A stretch of DNA of 64,000 bases from Takakia lepidozioides (GCA_030704615.1 CM060731.1:69936001-70000000), one strand, 5' to 3'; positions 10,664 through 23,317 are shown, counted from the first letter of the stretch. The notes: generated by a model not told the origin, from the letters alone. Program-made: numbers and translations.

Positions 10664-11390
10664 TGTCGCGGCCCTTTGCCTTGAGGGCAGGGGGTCGGGA
10701 CACATAAGGGGCTGCCCCTGTGGTGGGGGCAGCGGCAGTGATAGGTATGGGGGGGCTGAAGCACCCTTGAGTGCCCAAGGCACTCAGGGAAGCGGAGGCG
10801 CTCACTAGGTGGAACCCCGCACACCGGGTTGCGGTGGGGGTGGCTCCACAAGGGGTGGTGGTAGCTTAGCGGGACTTAGTGAGGGTGGCATAGGACTCAC
10901 CATGGGGGCGGAGAACTCGTGGTGGGAGTCGTGGGGAGTCTGGGGACTCATCACAGTCCATAGGGCCGTGGTGAGTGGGCCAAGACTCACCGCGACTCAT
11001 CACCGGGAGTCGAGGGTTTCCGTGGTGGTTCGCCATAAAATGGCATGGCTGGTTGTGAAACCCCCGCGGACAGCTACAGAAGTATATATAGGGAGTAGTA
11101 ACCCCGAGAACGGTGCAAGCCCGTTGGTGACCAAAAACTAGTGAGTAAGCGAGTGAGCCGGAAAGCGACCAAAGAGTGGGGAGCTGTTCCGGACTGCCAA
11201 CTACGAAAGGGAATTCCCGCTGGTTCCAAATCGGTGGAGGGTTCTTTGGGAGAACAAAGGGGGACCGTTATGCCCCGGTGAGCAGCCGAAGCTCCAAGTT
11301 GGCCCGGCGGCCAAATTGGGAGTCAGTCGCGCGCATCAAAGCGAGTAACTATGACTTGAGGGGGAGCTTACCGAAGTGAGGTGCGCGACA
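10664..11390 (+). repeat. Complete 3' LTR of element A (727 bp)
   Basis: TGTCGCG..CGCGACA, preceded by the G-rich tract GGTAGGGGTGTG and followed by ATCAA (expected TSD). Confidence 0.95.
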
Positions 11391-11749
11391 ATCAAGGTGC
11401 TCTGGAATTACCTGCAGCATGGTGCTTTCATCTCTGAAGCTGAAGATCGAATGCCAAGGTCTACCACCTCGTAACCCACATCGCCTCCGCTTCTAACAAC
11501 CAAGAGCTCCACGGTGCTCCTTGCATAACAATCATTCTCAAGCAAAAACCACAAGTGCTACAACTAACTCGTATCAGATACGAGCTCATCTTTCTCGAGT
11601 GATAAAGAAGAAGAATACAAGCACGAGCTCACAAATCTGAAGCATAAACTCATGCATATATAACCTCATCACTCAAATACAAGTCAAGCCAAGTGCACCC
11701 CACGCCATGGGGAATCCACACTACGGCGCCATAGCTAGGCACGGTGAGG

Positions 11750-14700
11750 CTCAACTCGAGAAAGATGAGCCTTCCGCGCTTGCCGTGAAGATAACCACTC
11801 CAGGGCCTAAATCTGCCTTGACCCTTGGATTGACACTTGGGCCAATCCCAAATGTCAATATGTAAAAGCTAGCTATTTCCTAGCTAGTTTCACACTAGTG
11901 GTAAAATAACTTGACAGCAGCTTTTGCACACAGTGAGGCCCAAGCTTTTTTAGCAGCAATCAACAGATCAAAGAAAACCAGAGATAAGATTGTTGACGTA
12001 GAGGTGTTCTCATTGTTGATTGCCCAGGCACGTCGACTTTTCCAAATGTTCCAGAGTACCGAGCTTCTGAGAGACTCAAAGACAGGGCAATCAGTGGCTT
12101 TGGATTTTTGGCTTTTGCAATAGTTAAGTAAGATTGCCATGGATCCAAAGTGCAATGCATCCCAAGAGCTATAGAAGCTTTGCACCATCGGCCAGATGGT
12201 TTCTGGTGCCAGACAGTAGAGAAGGCAATGTTCCAGTGTTTCTATTGTATGGTTTGTGCAACAGTGACATAGGAGCGCATCTTTGTAGTTCAGAAACTGG
12301 CCCACCTTGAGAACCCTGTTTGCTACTTGCCATAAGAATGCACTAATTTTGGCTGGCTTTGTCTTATCCCAGATGGTTGCCCATATGCCCTTCGAGTTCT
12401 CCTAATTGAAGTTTTCATGAGCCCATCTACCTTCCCATTTTGAGATAAGAGGGTTTGCTCCGAGCATCGCTCTATAGCCCTTCTTGGCAGTGTATGAGAA
12501 CAGGGGGTGGAGCTCTTCCTGGAAAGCCCATTTCCATTCTGATGGGTCAAGTTGCAAGGTAGAAATGCCAGAGTTCCCAAATAAGACGAAATGTCCCTTG
12601 CTAAGCCAAGTAAGGGTGTTTATCCCTCTGGGTGCAGTAGGATTGAAAACTTTGTCCGGGGAGATCCAATGGCAAATACGAACCAAGGTGGTATTGAAAT
12701 TAGGGACTGTGACTAGGTCCTGTCTGGAGAGACAAAGACGGCCTGAGAGGTCATTCGTTGTGAAGCAGAAACCCTTGAACCACCGTTGAGAGACCTCGGA
12801 AACGTAGAAGACCTGCAGAGATGGAGGATTGTGCATAACCCATTGACCAGGATGAAGATCACATTGCCCTGCTCTGAGAATCAGTTTCCAGGTGTTTGGG
12901 ATGGAGAGGATGATTTGAGCAATCCCGGATCTAAGGCGGGTGGTCCCTAGAGCTTGTTGTAGCGATTGGGGGGAGCTGACCCAAAGATTGTTGACTGTCA
13001 AGATACCTCTAGATTCCCAAGCTGCCCATTTCTTTGCTGCTTGTCTTTCTAGAAGAGAGGGGTTCGGTTCATTAAGGAACAAGTGTTGTTTTAGTGTTTC
13101 CTAGAACGTGGATGGGTCCTGTTTCCTCAAGAATGGCTTGAGGGAATTCCAAGAGTTCCAGATTGAAGACCAAAGAGGGGAACCTGGAGATTTGTGGTTG
13201 AAGCCTTGCAGCAGCCAGCGATTGGATGCAGGCCAGAGGATACGTTGCAAGGGAGAGGAGGAGGAAATGGTGGAAGAGACCATGAGCTTCCACCAGCCGC
13301 CCTCTGGCCCTATGAATCTGGGGATCCATTTTCCCAAAAGAGCCTTGATTTGCAATTCTGGATCCAGAACACCTAGGCCTCCCATTTTTTTTGGAAGATA
13401 TATTTGGGCCCAGGATACTTGGGGCCTTTTATTCTGGGTGGAAGACTCCGCCCCCCAAATGAAGTTCCTGATTAATCTTTTGATTTCCTTGATGAGTTTT
13501 GATCTAGGACTCCAAGTTGATGCAAAGTACCAGATCCCTACCAGCAAGATTTGGTTGGCAACTAATGCCCTACCAGTGATGGATAAGTGACAGGACCCCC
13601 AATAGGCCAGGTTGCGCTTGAGCTTCTGAATTGTGGGTCCTATTCGCTCCTCTTCAGATAGGTTTGATACCGAAAGTGTGCCCTAGTAATGTGGTGGGCT
13701 CACCTTCTTTAAGCCACTAAAGCCCTAGATGTTGCCCCCAGGCAGGGTTGGCTCCTATGGCAGATTTAGAGATGTCTCCGAGAAGCATGGCTTTGGTTTT
13801 GGACCAGTTAACTCTAAATCCAGAGACACTGCAGAAGTGAGAAAATGTACTTTCTGCCGCAGATAGGGAAGGATCGTTAGCTTGAAGTAGCAGAAATGTG
13901 TCATCCACAAACATGGAATCCTTAACCTGTTTGTGGTGGTTATTTCTTGGGTTCTGTAGGTTGAGGCCTCTCACTTGAGTGTTATTGTCCAGCATGTGAC
14001 CAAGGGTATCAGCTATAAAAAGGAATAGAAAGGGCGCTAGAGGGCACCCCTGTCTGACTGAGTGTTGTAGCATGAAGGGCTTGGACAGATGCCCGTTGAT
14101 CATGACTCTGCTGGTTGCTCCTTGAAGGAGAATCTGAACCCACTGGCGAAAGCCAAGTGGGATGCATGATTTCTTTAAGACCGCCATGAGAAAAGACCAA
14201 TCTACCTTGTCGAAGGCCTTTTCAAAATCCAAGAGCCAGAGGGCAAGTGCCTGGCCAGATTTGCTAGCATAGTGGTTAGCATCCTGAGCCATGAGGATGT
14301 TGTCTAGGATGTATCTTCCCTTCACATAGCCTGCCTGACCAGACCTGATCATTGAAGGGAGAAGGGGCTGAATGCGGAGCGTGAGGGCCTTGGCAATGAT
14401 TTTGTAAGCGACATTGAGCAAGGTGATGGGCCTGTAGTTGGAAAGGTTAGCTCTGTCACCTTTCTTGACTTCGAGCAGTGTTATGACCCCCTGAGTCATG
14501 GAGTCGGGCATAAAGCCTTGGGCCTTTATGGCATTGGCCATTTTGTAGAAGTCCTTGGAGATGGTCGACCAGAGAGATTTGAAGAACTCTACTGGCATAC
14601 CGTCGATCCCAGGGGCTTTGTTGTTGTTCAGGGCTTTAAGGGCATCCTCTAATTCTTCAGGGGTAAGACTTGCCTCTAGATCGAGCGCTTCCTCTGCCTT

Positions 14701-16075
14701 CAGAGTTGTGGGGATGGTTTGAAGGCAAGCAACAGGCCTGTCTGGGTAGTCATGATCCTTTAAGTCTGCCTGAAACAGAGAAGAGAAGTGATTGAAAGCA
14801 GACGTGCACATTTGCCTGGGGTTGGAAGAAGTGTTACCAGGGAGATCCGTGTAGAGCTAGGAGATTGTCTGAGTGGATCTACGGAGCTTCACTTTTTGGA
14901 AGAAGTATTTGTTCATTTTTTCACCCTTGGTTGACCAGTTGATCCCTGCCTGCATTTTCATTTTGTTTTCTTGCTCTATGTGGTAGCAGTCCAGGTTATG
15001 TCGGGCTTCCAGGTATGACTGAAACGTGTGTGCGTCGTAGGATTGAGATTCAATTCTCCTTTGGTAGATACCTAGGCATTTTTGGAGGGCCCGGGCTTTC
15101 CTTTTTTGTGCCTCTGCAATGGCCCGGCTGAGGTCTTGACTGACTTTGCAAGTGGCACCGAGTTTGGCCTAGAATCTTTGGACCGGGCAAGGGTTGTGGT
15201 TTGCAGCGGAGAGCCAGGTTGACTTAAGGCCATCAGTGAAGGAAGAGATTCGAAGGTGGGAGGAGTTGAACCTATAGATCCCTCTACCTCTAGGGTGGGA
15301 ATTGGGTAGAGTGAGGGATGCAGACACTCGTGCATGATCAAAACCTTGGGGAATAGGATCCTGAGGGCATAATCGGGTAGCCGGAGAGGGAAATAGAGGA
15401 GTAGAATCTGTCAAGCCTTGCCATGCAAAGATCATTAATATCTTTGTTGTTGGTCCAGGTGAAGAAGGGGTTAGCTCCCAACGGGTAGCTGGGGGGACCT
15501 TCTAATTCTGCCAAGCTGTGAGACTGGATTAGAGACTGCCAGGAGAGGTCTTCTTCGGGGCTTAGGTGAGTTGCAGTACTCCCCATTCTGTCAGATTCCT
15601 TTTCTACCATGTTAAAATCACCCGCCACAATCCATCTGCAGATGTCTCTGTGATGCACCATCTGGAGGTTTATCTTGGCCCAGAGATCCGCTCTGAGAAG
15701 AGAATCGCTTGGCGCATAAATGTTGATAAAACCTGTAGGCTCAGTGTCATTGGGGAACCTTAGGGAGCAGAATTGTGCTCTCCCTGGTTCCCAAATCTCA
15801 TCTTTGATGAGAAATTGGTGGATGGAAGGGGATAGAAGGATCGCGGTCCCTCCTCTAGTTCCTTCAATAGAGGGTTTCCAGAGAGCCGAAGCTTTAGGCC
15901 AAAGCTGATTGGTGAGCTTTAGAATTTTCCTGTCACAGAGTTTGTGTTCTTGGAGAAAGACAATAGCCTGAGTAGTGATGAGAGGTGCAAGACAGGCTGA
16001 GAGCCTGACTTTTTTGAGGGCCATCTATTCAGAACCCAGGCCCCTGATGTTCCAGGAAGACATGCTAACTTGCAT
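11750..16075 (-). pseudogene. L1 ORF2 (APE endonuclease, reverse transcriptase, zf-RVT)
   Basis: MQVSMSSWNIRGLG, FLQEHK, INIYAP, GDFN, ARLDRF; KAPGIDG, YRPITLLN, LDFEKAFD, RQGCPLAP, FVDD; GGLGV; C-HCC..ETLEHCLLYC. Several stops and frameshifts. Confidence 0.9.
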
Positions 16076-17793
16076 TGCGGGATGGAGACAGGCTGAGGGG
16101 ATGAGACTCAATCGATGGTCTGGGTGAAGCAAAGAATCGAAATTTGGTACGTTTGTCTGTGGGCTTTGGGGAGGGACACGGCCAGTGGAGCCCTGGGGGG
16201 TCCACACGGATGGGGTCCTTGAGGTGGACGAATATGACTTGGGTGCTTGGCGGACTAGGTAGAGGGTTGCATGCGTCGTCAAGAGGGATAAATCTGTTGG
16301 AATCTTGAAGGGAGGTTTTAATGGAAACTATGGTGGGCTGGGGGATGGTATGCAAATTTAGAAGTTTGGAGAGGTGATAAGGAGGCAGTGGGTAAGCAGA
16401 TGAGGGCAGTAATTTCCACTTGTTGCCTCCTGGGATAGATGAGAGTGACTCAGGCGAGAGACATAGGATACTGCATACCTTGTCAGAAAAGAACGAAAAG
16501 AAAAGCAGGGGAATAGAATGAGTGTGGAGTGGGTGACTTACAGGGAAGGATGGAGAAAGGAGGGGAGCTGGTGTCGGGGAAGGCAACAGAGTGACTGGGT
16601 GGAGGGGCCCGGCGTGCTGTTGAGAGACTTCTGGCGACTGCTGCGTGAAGAATTGTGAGATCTGGAAGTCGGAGGAGCTTGAGGTCGACCAAGAGCCCAT
16701 GGGGACGTAGCTGGGGTTGCCATAGTCTTCAATTCTCTTTCGATCGATTCATCATTCTGCGCTTCAATTTCCATGTCCAGATAGGCCTTAAGAACTGTGA
16801 AGGCATTTTTTAAGGCGTCTTTGGACCTAGTTAAGACCTTGCTTGGAGTGTAAGGACCTTCAAAGTGGTCAGCCTCTACCCATACCCTTGGGAGAGTGGT
16901 TCCAGTTTGAAGAAGCTGATTTTCGTCCATGAGAGCCAAAATATTGGTATTTGGAGACAGATCTTGACAAAGCCCAGGGAAGGCCTCTACGTAGGAGCCC
17001 CAAGTGACTAAAGAGTGAGAGAAAAGAGAGTAGAGAAGGAGGTTGGAGTTGAGATAGGCCTGAATCTTGTTGCAGAGGGTAGGGATAGGGGAGCTGTCCA
17101 TGGGGCTCTTAGATATGAATGAGTGGATGTCCTGCACCGAGATCCATATTGAGTCAAAGTGCATATTGTCCCTGGCAGCGACCCTAAAAGCTAGATTCGG
17201 TTTCCTTCTGAAAATCATCGGGGTAAGACAACTGGCGACTGGATCTTCCCTGATGATTAGCTGCGAACAGCCTTTGAGAGAGAGCAAAGGAAATGTTCCC
17301 AGAGTGGCGCAGATTTTGGCAATTGTAGGGTTGTGTGCCAGCGGTGAGGGGCGACGAAGTGGTGTATGTGCTTGCTCCACTGGGTGCCTGGTGATGATGT
17401 TGGGGCATGCTTTCCCTTTGTTCTTGGCCTGTTCCATCTCCCAACTGATAATCCCTGGAATTGGAATGGGGGTGGGCATTGAAGGAAGTGTTGCTGGAAG
17501 GTGGGCTTTGAGGATTTCTGAAGAAGAGGAGCCTTGGATGCTTGCAGCTTGGAGTTCTGAGATGATGGGGCCTTTGCCTCTGTGGGATTTGGAAGCTGGT
17601 GCAGAGGAGGCCTCAATAACCATAGGGTCCTCAATTTGCCTTCTTTTCTTTTTGGCGGGGAGATAGAAATTTGATTGACTGCACTATCCCAAACATGTTT
17701 GCTCCGATCAAGGGCAGGCCTCTGGTCAACTTTCTGTAGCGAGAGTGGGTGACATAGGGAGGCCTCCTTGTAATTGATTGGAATTCTCCCCAA
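16065..17793 (-). pseudogene. Probable L1 ORF1 C-terminal portion (frameshifted)
   Basis: Overlapping ORFs 17257-17793, 16538-17623 and 16065-16700; the last stop overlaps the ORF2 start. No RRM or zinc knuckle visible. Confidence 0.55.
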
Positions 17794-20362
17794 TCACTGG
17801 ATCTAAGCGGCTGTCTTTTTTAGATAGATATAAAATGTTTGAGACATGCTCTCAAAATGTATTGTCCAAATATCGTGCTTTTCCTCACAACAAAAGTATT
17901 GTACATGTTCATGCAAGCCACGTTATCTTGTCCATCCACAAAATGTTTGTTATTCCGTGAACACATTCATATAGACAACTCCAAATTCTTGATAAGTATA
18001 CACTAAAACTTGGATAAGAGTAAGAAAAAAATTACACTTAACAAAGATTTGACACTATAGCAATTTAGGGTTTTGAAAAAATGACATTTATACATACATA
18101 ACATTAAAACAAGCTATGGAACAAAAAGAGTAGCCGTTCATGACCTTAAGAGAAAGAATAAGACAAAATTGCAGAAGAAATAAAATTATTAATGAATGTG
18201 AGCATCAACTATGTGTGACATAATGAATATAATCATTAATTTTGTCATGGTTGGGTGCCCGGTGCACTATGTGAGCTTGAGCCTGCAATGTAAATAATTC
18301 TTTGAATGATCGGACTTTGCTAATCAACGTAGTCCAATGGAACCATCTCAGAATGCTAGATTCTTTTTTAAAAGGATAGGCTTTCAATCCTTAAAACAGA
18401 TAGAGTTTTTTTGCCCTTTAAATTTCTTACCCCTACACAATAAAATCAAGCTACCCGCCTACCATACTACATGCATAAATATGAACCTTTCAAACCTGTT
18501 GATACCTAGCACATACATCCACACACAAATGTCAAAGAATTTCACCACAAACCTTTCAAGATTATAGTGCTTTGGTGGGATCTCTTTTGTTTTTGGGAAT
18601 TTGAAAATCCTATAATGTCAGGTTTGACCAAGAATTTACAGTATGGGGTCATTTTTGCTGGGCCCCTCATATGCATAGCCAGATCCTATTCTAAGGTATG
18701 GGGGCATGCAAAATAATTAATGCCAAATTGCCATATGATGCTATATGCTCCTTTGTATGTGTTCTTTGGGAGGTTTAGGGTATAGGCCAAAACATGGAGT
18801 TTCTAACATTGTCTCACCCACAAAACAAAAGTATGCACAAATCCAAGTTTTTCCTGATCCACGCGGTGAGACAATGAGTTCCTATGAACCTCATGACAGG
18901 TCCAAATTTTATAGACATACAAAGGTAAATTTTCCAAAATTTGAGGGCTGGTGGGGCCAGGTATTTTGGACCCATTTGCCTGCAAATTACCTACACCGGT
19001 AGACATTTCCGGGAACAAAAAATGGGCCACGTCATTATTTCCTTGTGTTTCTAGGGGGAGCCCCTTGATGGGGAGCCCCCGCACGGCAAGGTGCCACAAG
19101 GGGTGCTTTCATGTCACATGGGGGGACAACCTTCCTGGCCACCGTGGGCTCACTCATGCTATTTATATAGCCGCTGCATCCCCCAATAAGAACTGACCAC
19201 GCAGGTACTTAACCCTGCATGGCCCTTCCCTTGCCATATGTTTTTAGACCCAGTGGTTTTTGCTAGAATCTGGAGGTGGGAGTTTTGCTCCAACTTACAT
19301 GCTTTCAATATAGGAGTGTGGGCCATGTTGTCAGCAATCTTTTTGCTTCAGGAACCATGTCATTCGGATGGAATCTCAAAAAATATACCCATTTTTTTGA
19401 TAGGTCAAAACCCAATTCAGGTCGCTTAGGAAGTTACGGAGCTTCAGTTAAGGGCTCTGTTCATAAGCTTGTTGTTATTAGCCTCCGAGCTGCTAGGAAT
19501 TCAAGGTAGTCAACCCATCTTTGTAAACTTTATGGCAATTTATAATTTCTTATCTTAGAGCTTCCCCACCGGTGGCACGGTATATGGGTACATCAATTGA
19601 GGCATGTGCATAGTCCCCAGAAGGTGGCGAGGCAGTAGGCGGAATGCTCCCTCCCCACCGGTGGCATGCTAACGCGCCTGCCTCAACCTCTCCCTCAACC
19701 TCCCGCTTGCCAATGTCTCACGTGTGGGATGCCAGATTGTCTCCAAGAGTGTTTGACTTTGTGTTGCGTGAGAGATAGCAGGCCTGGAAGGACACTAAAA
19801 GATTCAGCGCCCTCATGAAATTTGTGGTGCCCTGCATTTTAGGGGGCATTTTAGCGTGCCCCGGTGGGCCTCCGTTTTTGTGGTTTTTCTCCCTGACACC
19901 ATATTGTGCTTTCGTGGTTGATAGCGGCCGGTGGGGATGTTCTTATGAATAGAAGGAAGGAACACCCTTGCCAAAGCAAGCAGAACTTATGATGTCACCT
20001 CATTGCAAAGGGCTACTGCCTTCCGATTGGAAGGTGGACAATTTGTAACGACCAAGACGACGCGGTGCCCAACCCTCCCCACAATGACTCTAGAGTCCCA
20101 ACACACCAACCAATTAAGTAGTAGTCCCATTTTATAGCTCGATTGGCCATATAAGTAGGTAACCCAACATACACCTTGTGGTTTTGAACCCACGACGACT
20201 TCAATGATGTGTCATTCTTGGGAGGCTTTTCCCTAAGGGGTTTCCCAATTTGGGGTTTTTCCAAGTGATGTCGAAAGACTTGGGGGATGGCGAGAGTTGA
20301 AGCGCCGCCCTTCCGCATGCAAACTTGCTAAATTCTTTGCCAAAGCAGCCTTGTGTCCTAAC

Positions 20363-20688
20363 CAGTGTTGTATTGCAGAACCTAACCGACTTTTCAATAC
20401 CAGTACTGATACCAGTACTACCCAGCCATCTTCCTCATTTATATTGGTATCAATACTATATTAAATTACTATATATATGCTATGTATTACGTATTTATAT
20501 TTATTTAATAGATAATATAATATAATATAATATATAATATATAATATATATTTTACTTGGAATGATACCCTATTGATACTATATACCACATGGTATTTTT
20601 GGTCATAATACTCATATTCATACCAGTATATAAAAAAAACATTTCCACCATTATAGATACCCAACTGGTATGTCCTAAACCTACACTG
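20363..20688. mobile_element. Non-autonomous hAT element / MITE (326 bp)
   Basis: Termini CAGTGT..ACACTG flanked by an exact 8-bp TSD GTCCTAAC (20355-20362, 20689-20696). Internal ATACC/GGTAT motifs and a (TATAA)n tract. Confidence 0.85.
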
Positions 20689-21852
20689 GTCCTAACCACT
20701 GGGCCATTTGTTGGCTGATTGTCACATTTACGCAACGTAAATGACTTTTTCTCCTATTATTTTGCTATAAATAAAAATGATGCACATCAAACTTAACTTA
20801 AATTGATGATCAGTTGTTGGGTCGTATAACCTCTTTTTGTGGCTCAATTGGCCATAATGGGTGACATCCAACATACATCTCTATGTAGTTTTGAACTACA
20901 ACCACTTGTAAGGTGGCCTTGCGCCCTAACCATTGGGCTATGTAGATGTGATGAAGTTGAATCCCTAGCTCGGCTATTTGGATTCAACCTCATTTTTTCC
21001 ATGTTGGATTTTTTTGTCCGGGGTGGCAAAGTCACAAGGAAGGTCTTTTTGTGTATGCCTTAAGGTTAGCTTTTCCTTGTGTTTTTAAAATCAAAATGTG
21101 GGGTTTTCTGTCCCCATTTCTAGAAATATTAACTAATAATTATTGTCGAACAAAATCTGTGTTATAGTCAATCTCTGATAAAAATTAACCCTTGCAGCTA
21201 TCAAGAATTAAACATGTCACACTGAAGACAATATGAGGGGGTTTGGTATTGTGAAAGCATAACATGACCAAGAGAAAAGGCTTATGTGAACACACTCTAC
21301 TGTTATGGGGTAATATGTTAAAAAACGAAAATACAGGTTATGTGTGAACATAGAGTATTGCTGCCAACATGGTCTAGTATGAATCTGTTTATAATCTTTG
21401 AGAAAAAACCATACATAACTTTGCTTGAAATAAATTATTGGATGGAAAAAAGTTAAAACCGTAGTAGTGCCATCATGCATATTATTTTCTTAAAAAATAA
21501 ACAAATAATATTTTTAATATTATAGTATCATAACCCACAACAAATGATAAGGGTGACTCAAATATGTCACAGCTATTTTGAGTTTATAGAGTTGGCGACA
21601 TAAACAAAAAGCGATTTTTTGTTTTTTGTTTTCTCATGGATGGGCACATTGGGAAGATTTATTTGGCGTAGTGCAATCTAGTGTGAGCAAAACCCCACAC
21701 AGATATTTCTAATGGACATCTCGTTCAAATCCGCGATCAAGTCAAAAGATGGATATAGCCTAAAATTGCAAATTGTTTAGTGACGGAATCCATGACATCT
21801 CACAATTCGTAACGGTCAATAGTCGAATTGCGACGTAAGGAGGTTTTAGGAT

Positions 21853-21925
21853 CGGAGAATGGTAGAATGGTTAGAGCACAAGGTTGTCTTATAAGCGATT
21901 GTGGGTTCAAAGCCATACAAGTGGT
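21853..21925 (+). mobile_element. Degenerate tRNA-derived (SINE-head-like) sequence
   Basis: A-box-like TGGTAGAATGG (21860) followed by TTAGAGCA, and B-box-like GGTTCAAAGCC (21904) at tRNA spacing. No full cloverleaf. Confidence 0.35.
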
Positions 21926-23035
21926 ACTAGCCAATCAAGTACTGGTTATGTCATATTTGGGTATCTACAAGACCGGGCAAAGCGCGCGGGACGCTGGCAT
22001 ATAGAGCTCTCCATCTGAAGTGAAGTGACACCATAATTTACACTTGCTTCAGCATGAAATTGGTGGCATTCAATGACGGGGTCACTTCCTTGTATACCAA
22101 GGCAGACCAAGTCTTCCAAATTTGCCCAAGAACGAGGACCGAATTGTACAAGTGTTCCAGATCTGGCTTGCCTGCCTGCTTAGTAAGTGAATAGAGACAG
22201 AGCTGGTATCAACAGATTTCCAAGCATTCTAAGGCATTTGAACCCGATCCCAAATAATATAAGCAAATGTACGAGAAGAGACATTGTTCCAACGATTCCA
22301 GTATGTGCACATTGCAAACAATACAAGGTAATTGAGGGTCAAAACAAATCCCCATCGAGAAAACTCAATTATCATAGTCGCACGCTATCTTGGGCCACCG
22401 GTCAGGTTGTCCAAGGGACTCAGAGTCTCTCCTCGCCTCTGTCTAGGGAACCGCGCACGTGGCAGTCCCTCCTCGCTTTTGGCCTGGGGAAGAGTGCACG
22501 TGACGTTTCCAGGCTATGGTGGAAGTGAAGCTGCTATCAATAACTGCGTCAGATAGCGTACGTTCTGCTGGGGCAAATGGCAAGTTGTCGGCTTGCTGGC
22601 ATTATTGCCTCAGCAAAAGACCTACCCAGTTGACGGTTAACCGCCTCTTTTGTGAGGCTCTACTCGTCATGCCCTTATAGGGTTGAGTCAAAATGTTATG
22701 GATGAGTTCAAGCGGGGGCGGGCTTAAAGAGCCTCGTGGTGCTGCTGGGGACGCTAGAAGGTAGCCGAAAAAATCGCACATCATTTTGAAGTTGGGGCCC
22801 TTTTTTTGGAACTGATAGGCATGCTCTAAGACTACATAAATAGCCTCATCAAAAAAGGTGTCTTTGTACAATGGATGCTATTTACACATATCCATTTTTT
22901 CGAGATATATTTTCTCAAAATTTTGGACCCGTTATAGTTGGTTATCCATAATGGGATGACCGATATTGCTGTCATCCAAGTGTGTAGTCAAAATGTCATA
23001 AATATGTAAGATTCAGAATACACATATACACCAAA

Positions 23036-23137
23036 AATTCTTATGATGACCCAACCTTGTATCCACATATTTTAGGATATCAATAATTCTTATGATGACC
23101 CAACCTTGTATCCACATATTTTAGGTAGATATCAATA
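23036..23137. repeat. Tandem duplication, ~49-bp unit x2
   Basis: AATTCTTATGATGACCCAACCTTGTATCCACATATTTTAGG occurs twice. Confidence 0.85.
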
Positions 23138-23317
23138 GTGTTTCATCTTGCGTCATCCTTGTCCTCCTCTTGTGGTTGGTAATGATGATACATGCGTGTT
23201 TTCATCCATCTTAAAAGCCATCATCCTCGAGCATTAATCATCATGTTTAATATGTTAGATTCTATTTAATGCGTCCAAGATCAATTAAACAAAGCCCAAG
23301 CCTAAAACCTACTTCAG

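Larger units (their letters stand above)
1..11390 (+). mobile_element. Ty3/gypsy chromovirus LTR retrotransposon, element A (Galadriel-like), interrupted by element B; 5' LTR runs off the window
   Basis: 5' LTR end (..GCGCGACA at 318), tRNA-iMet PBS, gag-PR-RT to 2620, integrase and chromodomain 8568-9759, PPT and full 3' LTR 10664-11390. RT motif [16 protein letters not shown] and a group-I chromodomain fit Galadriel (recalled family traits, not searched). Confidence 0.93.
11601..17800 (-). mobile_element. L1-clade LINE, degenerate and 5'-incomplete (ends approximate)
   Basis: ORF1 C-terminal region, APE endonuclease, RT and C-terminal zinc finger appear in order on the - strand. Sequence turns AT-rich beyond ~17800. 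Confidence 0.88.

Noticed and set aside
10501-11141. Short ORFs in and antisense to the LTR/3' domain (e.g. [19 protein letters not shown])
   Set aside because: Shared only because the copies are near-identical; GC-rich, no recognisable domain, and they cross the LTR boundary.
17800-20340. DNA transposon with repeated CCCCACCGGTGGCA (19564, 19654) and GGGGAGCCCC motifs
   Set aside because: Looks repeat-derived, but no termini, TSD or transposase could be identified.
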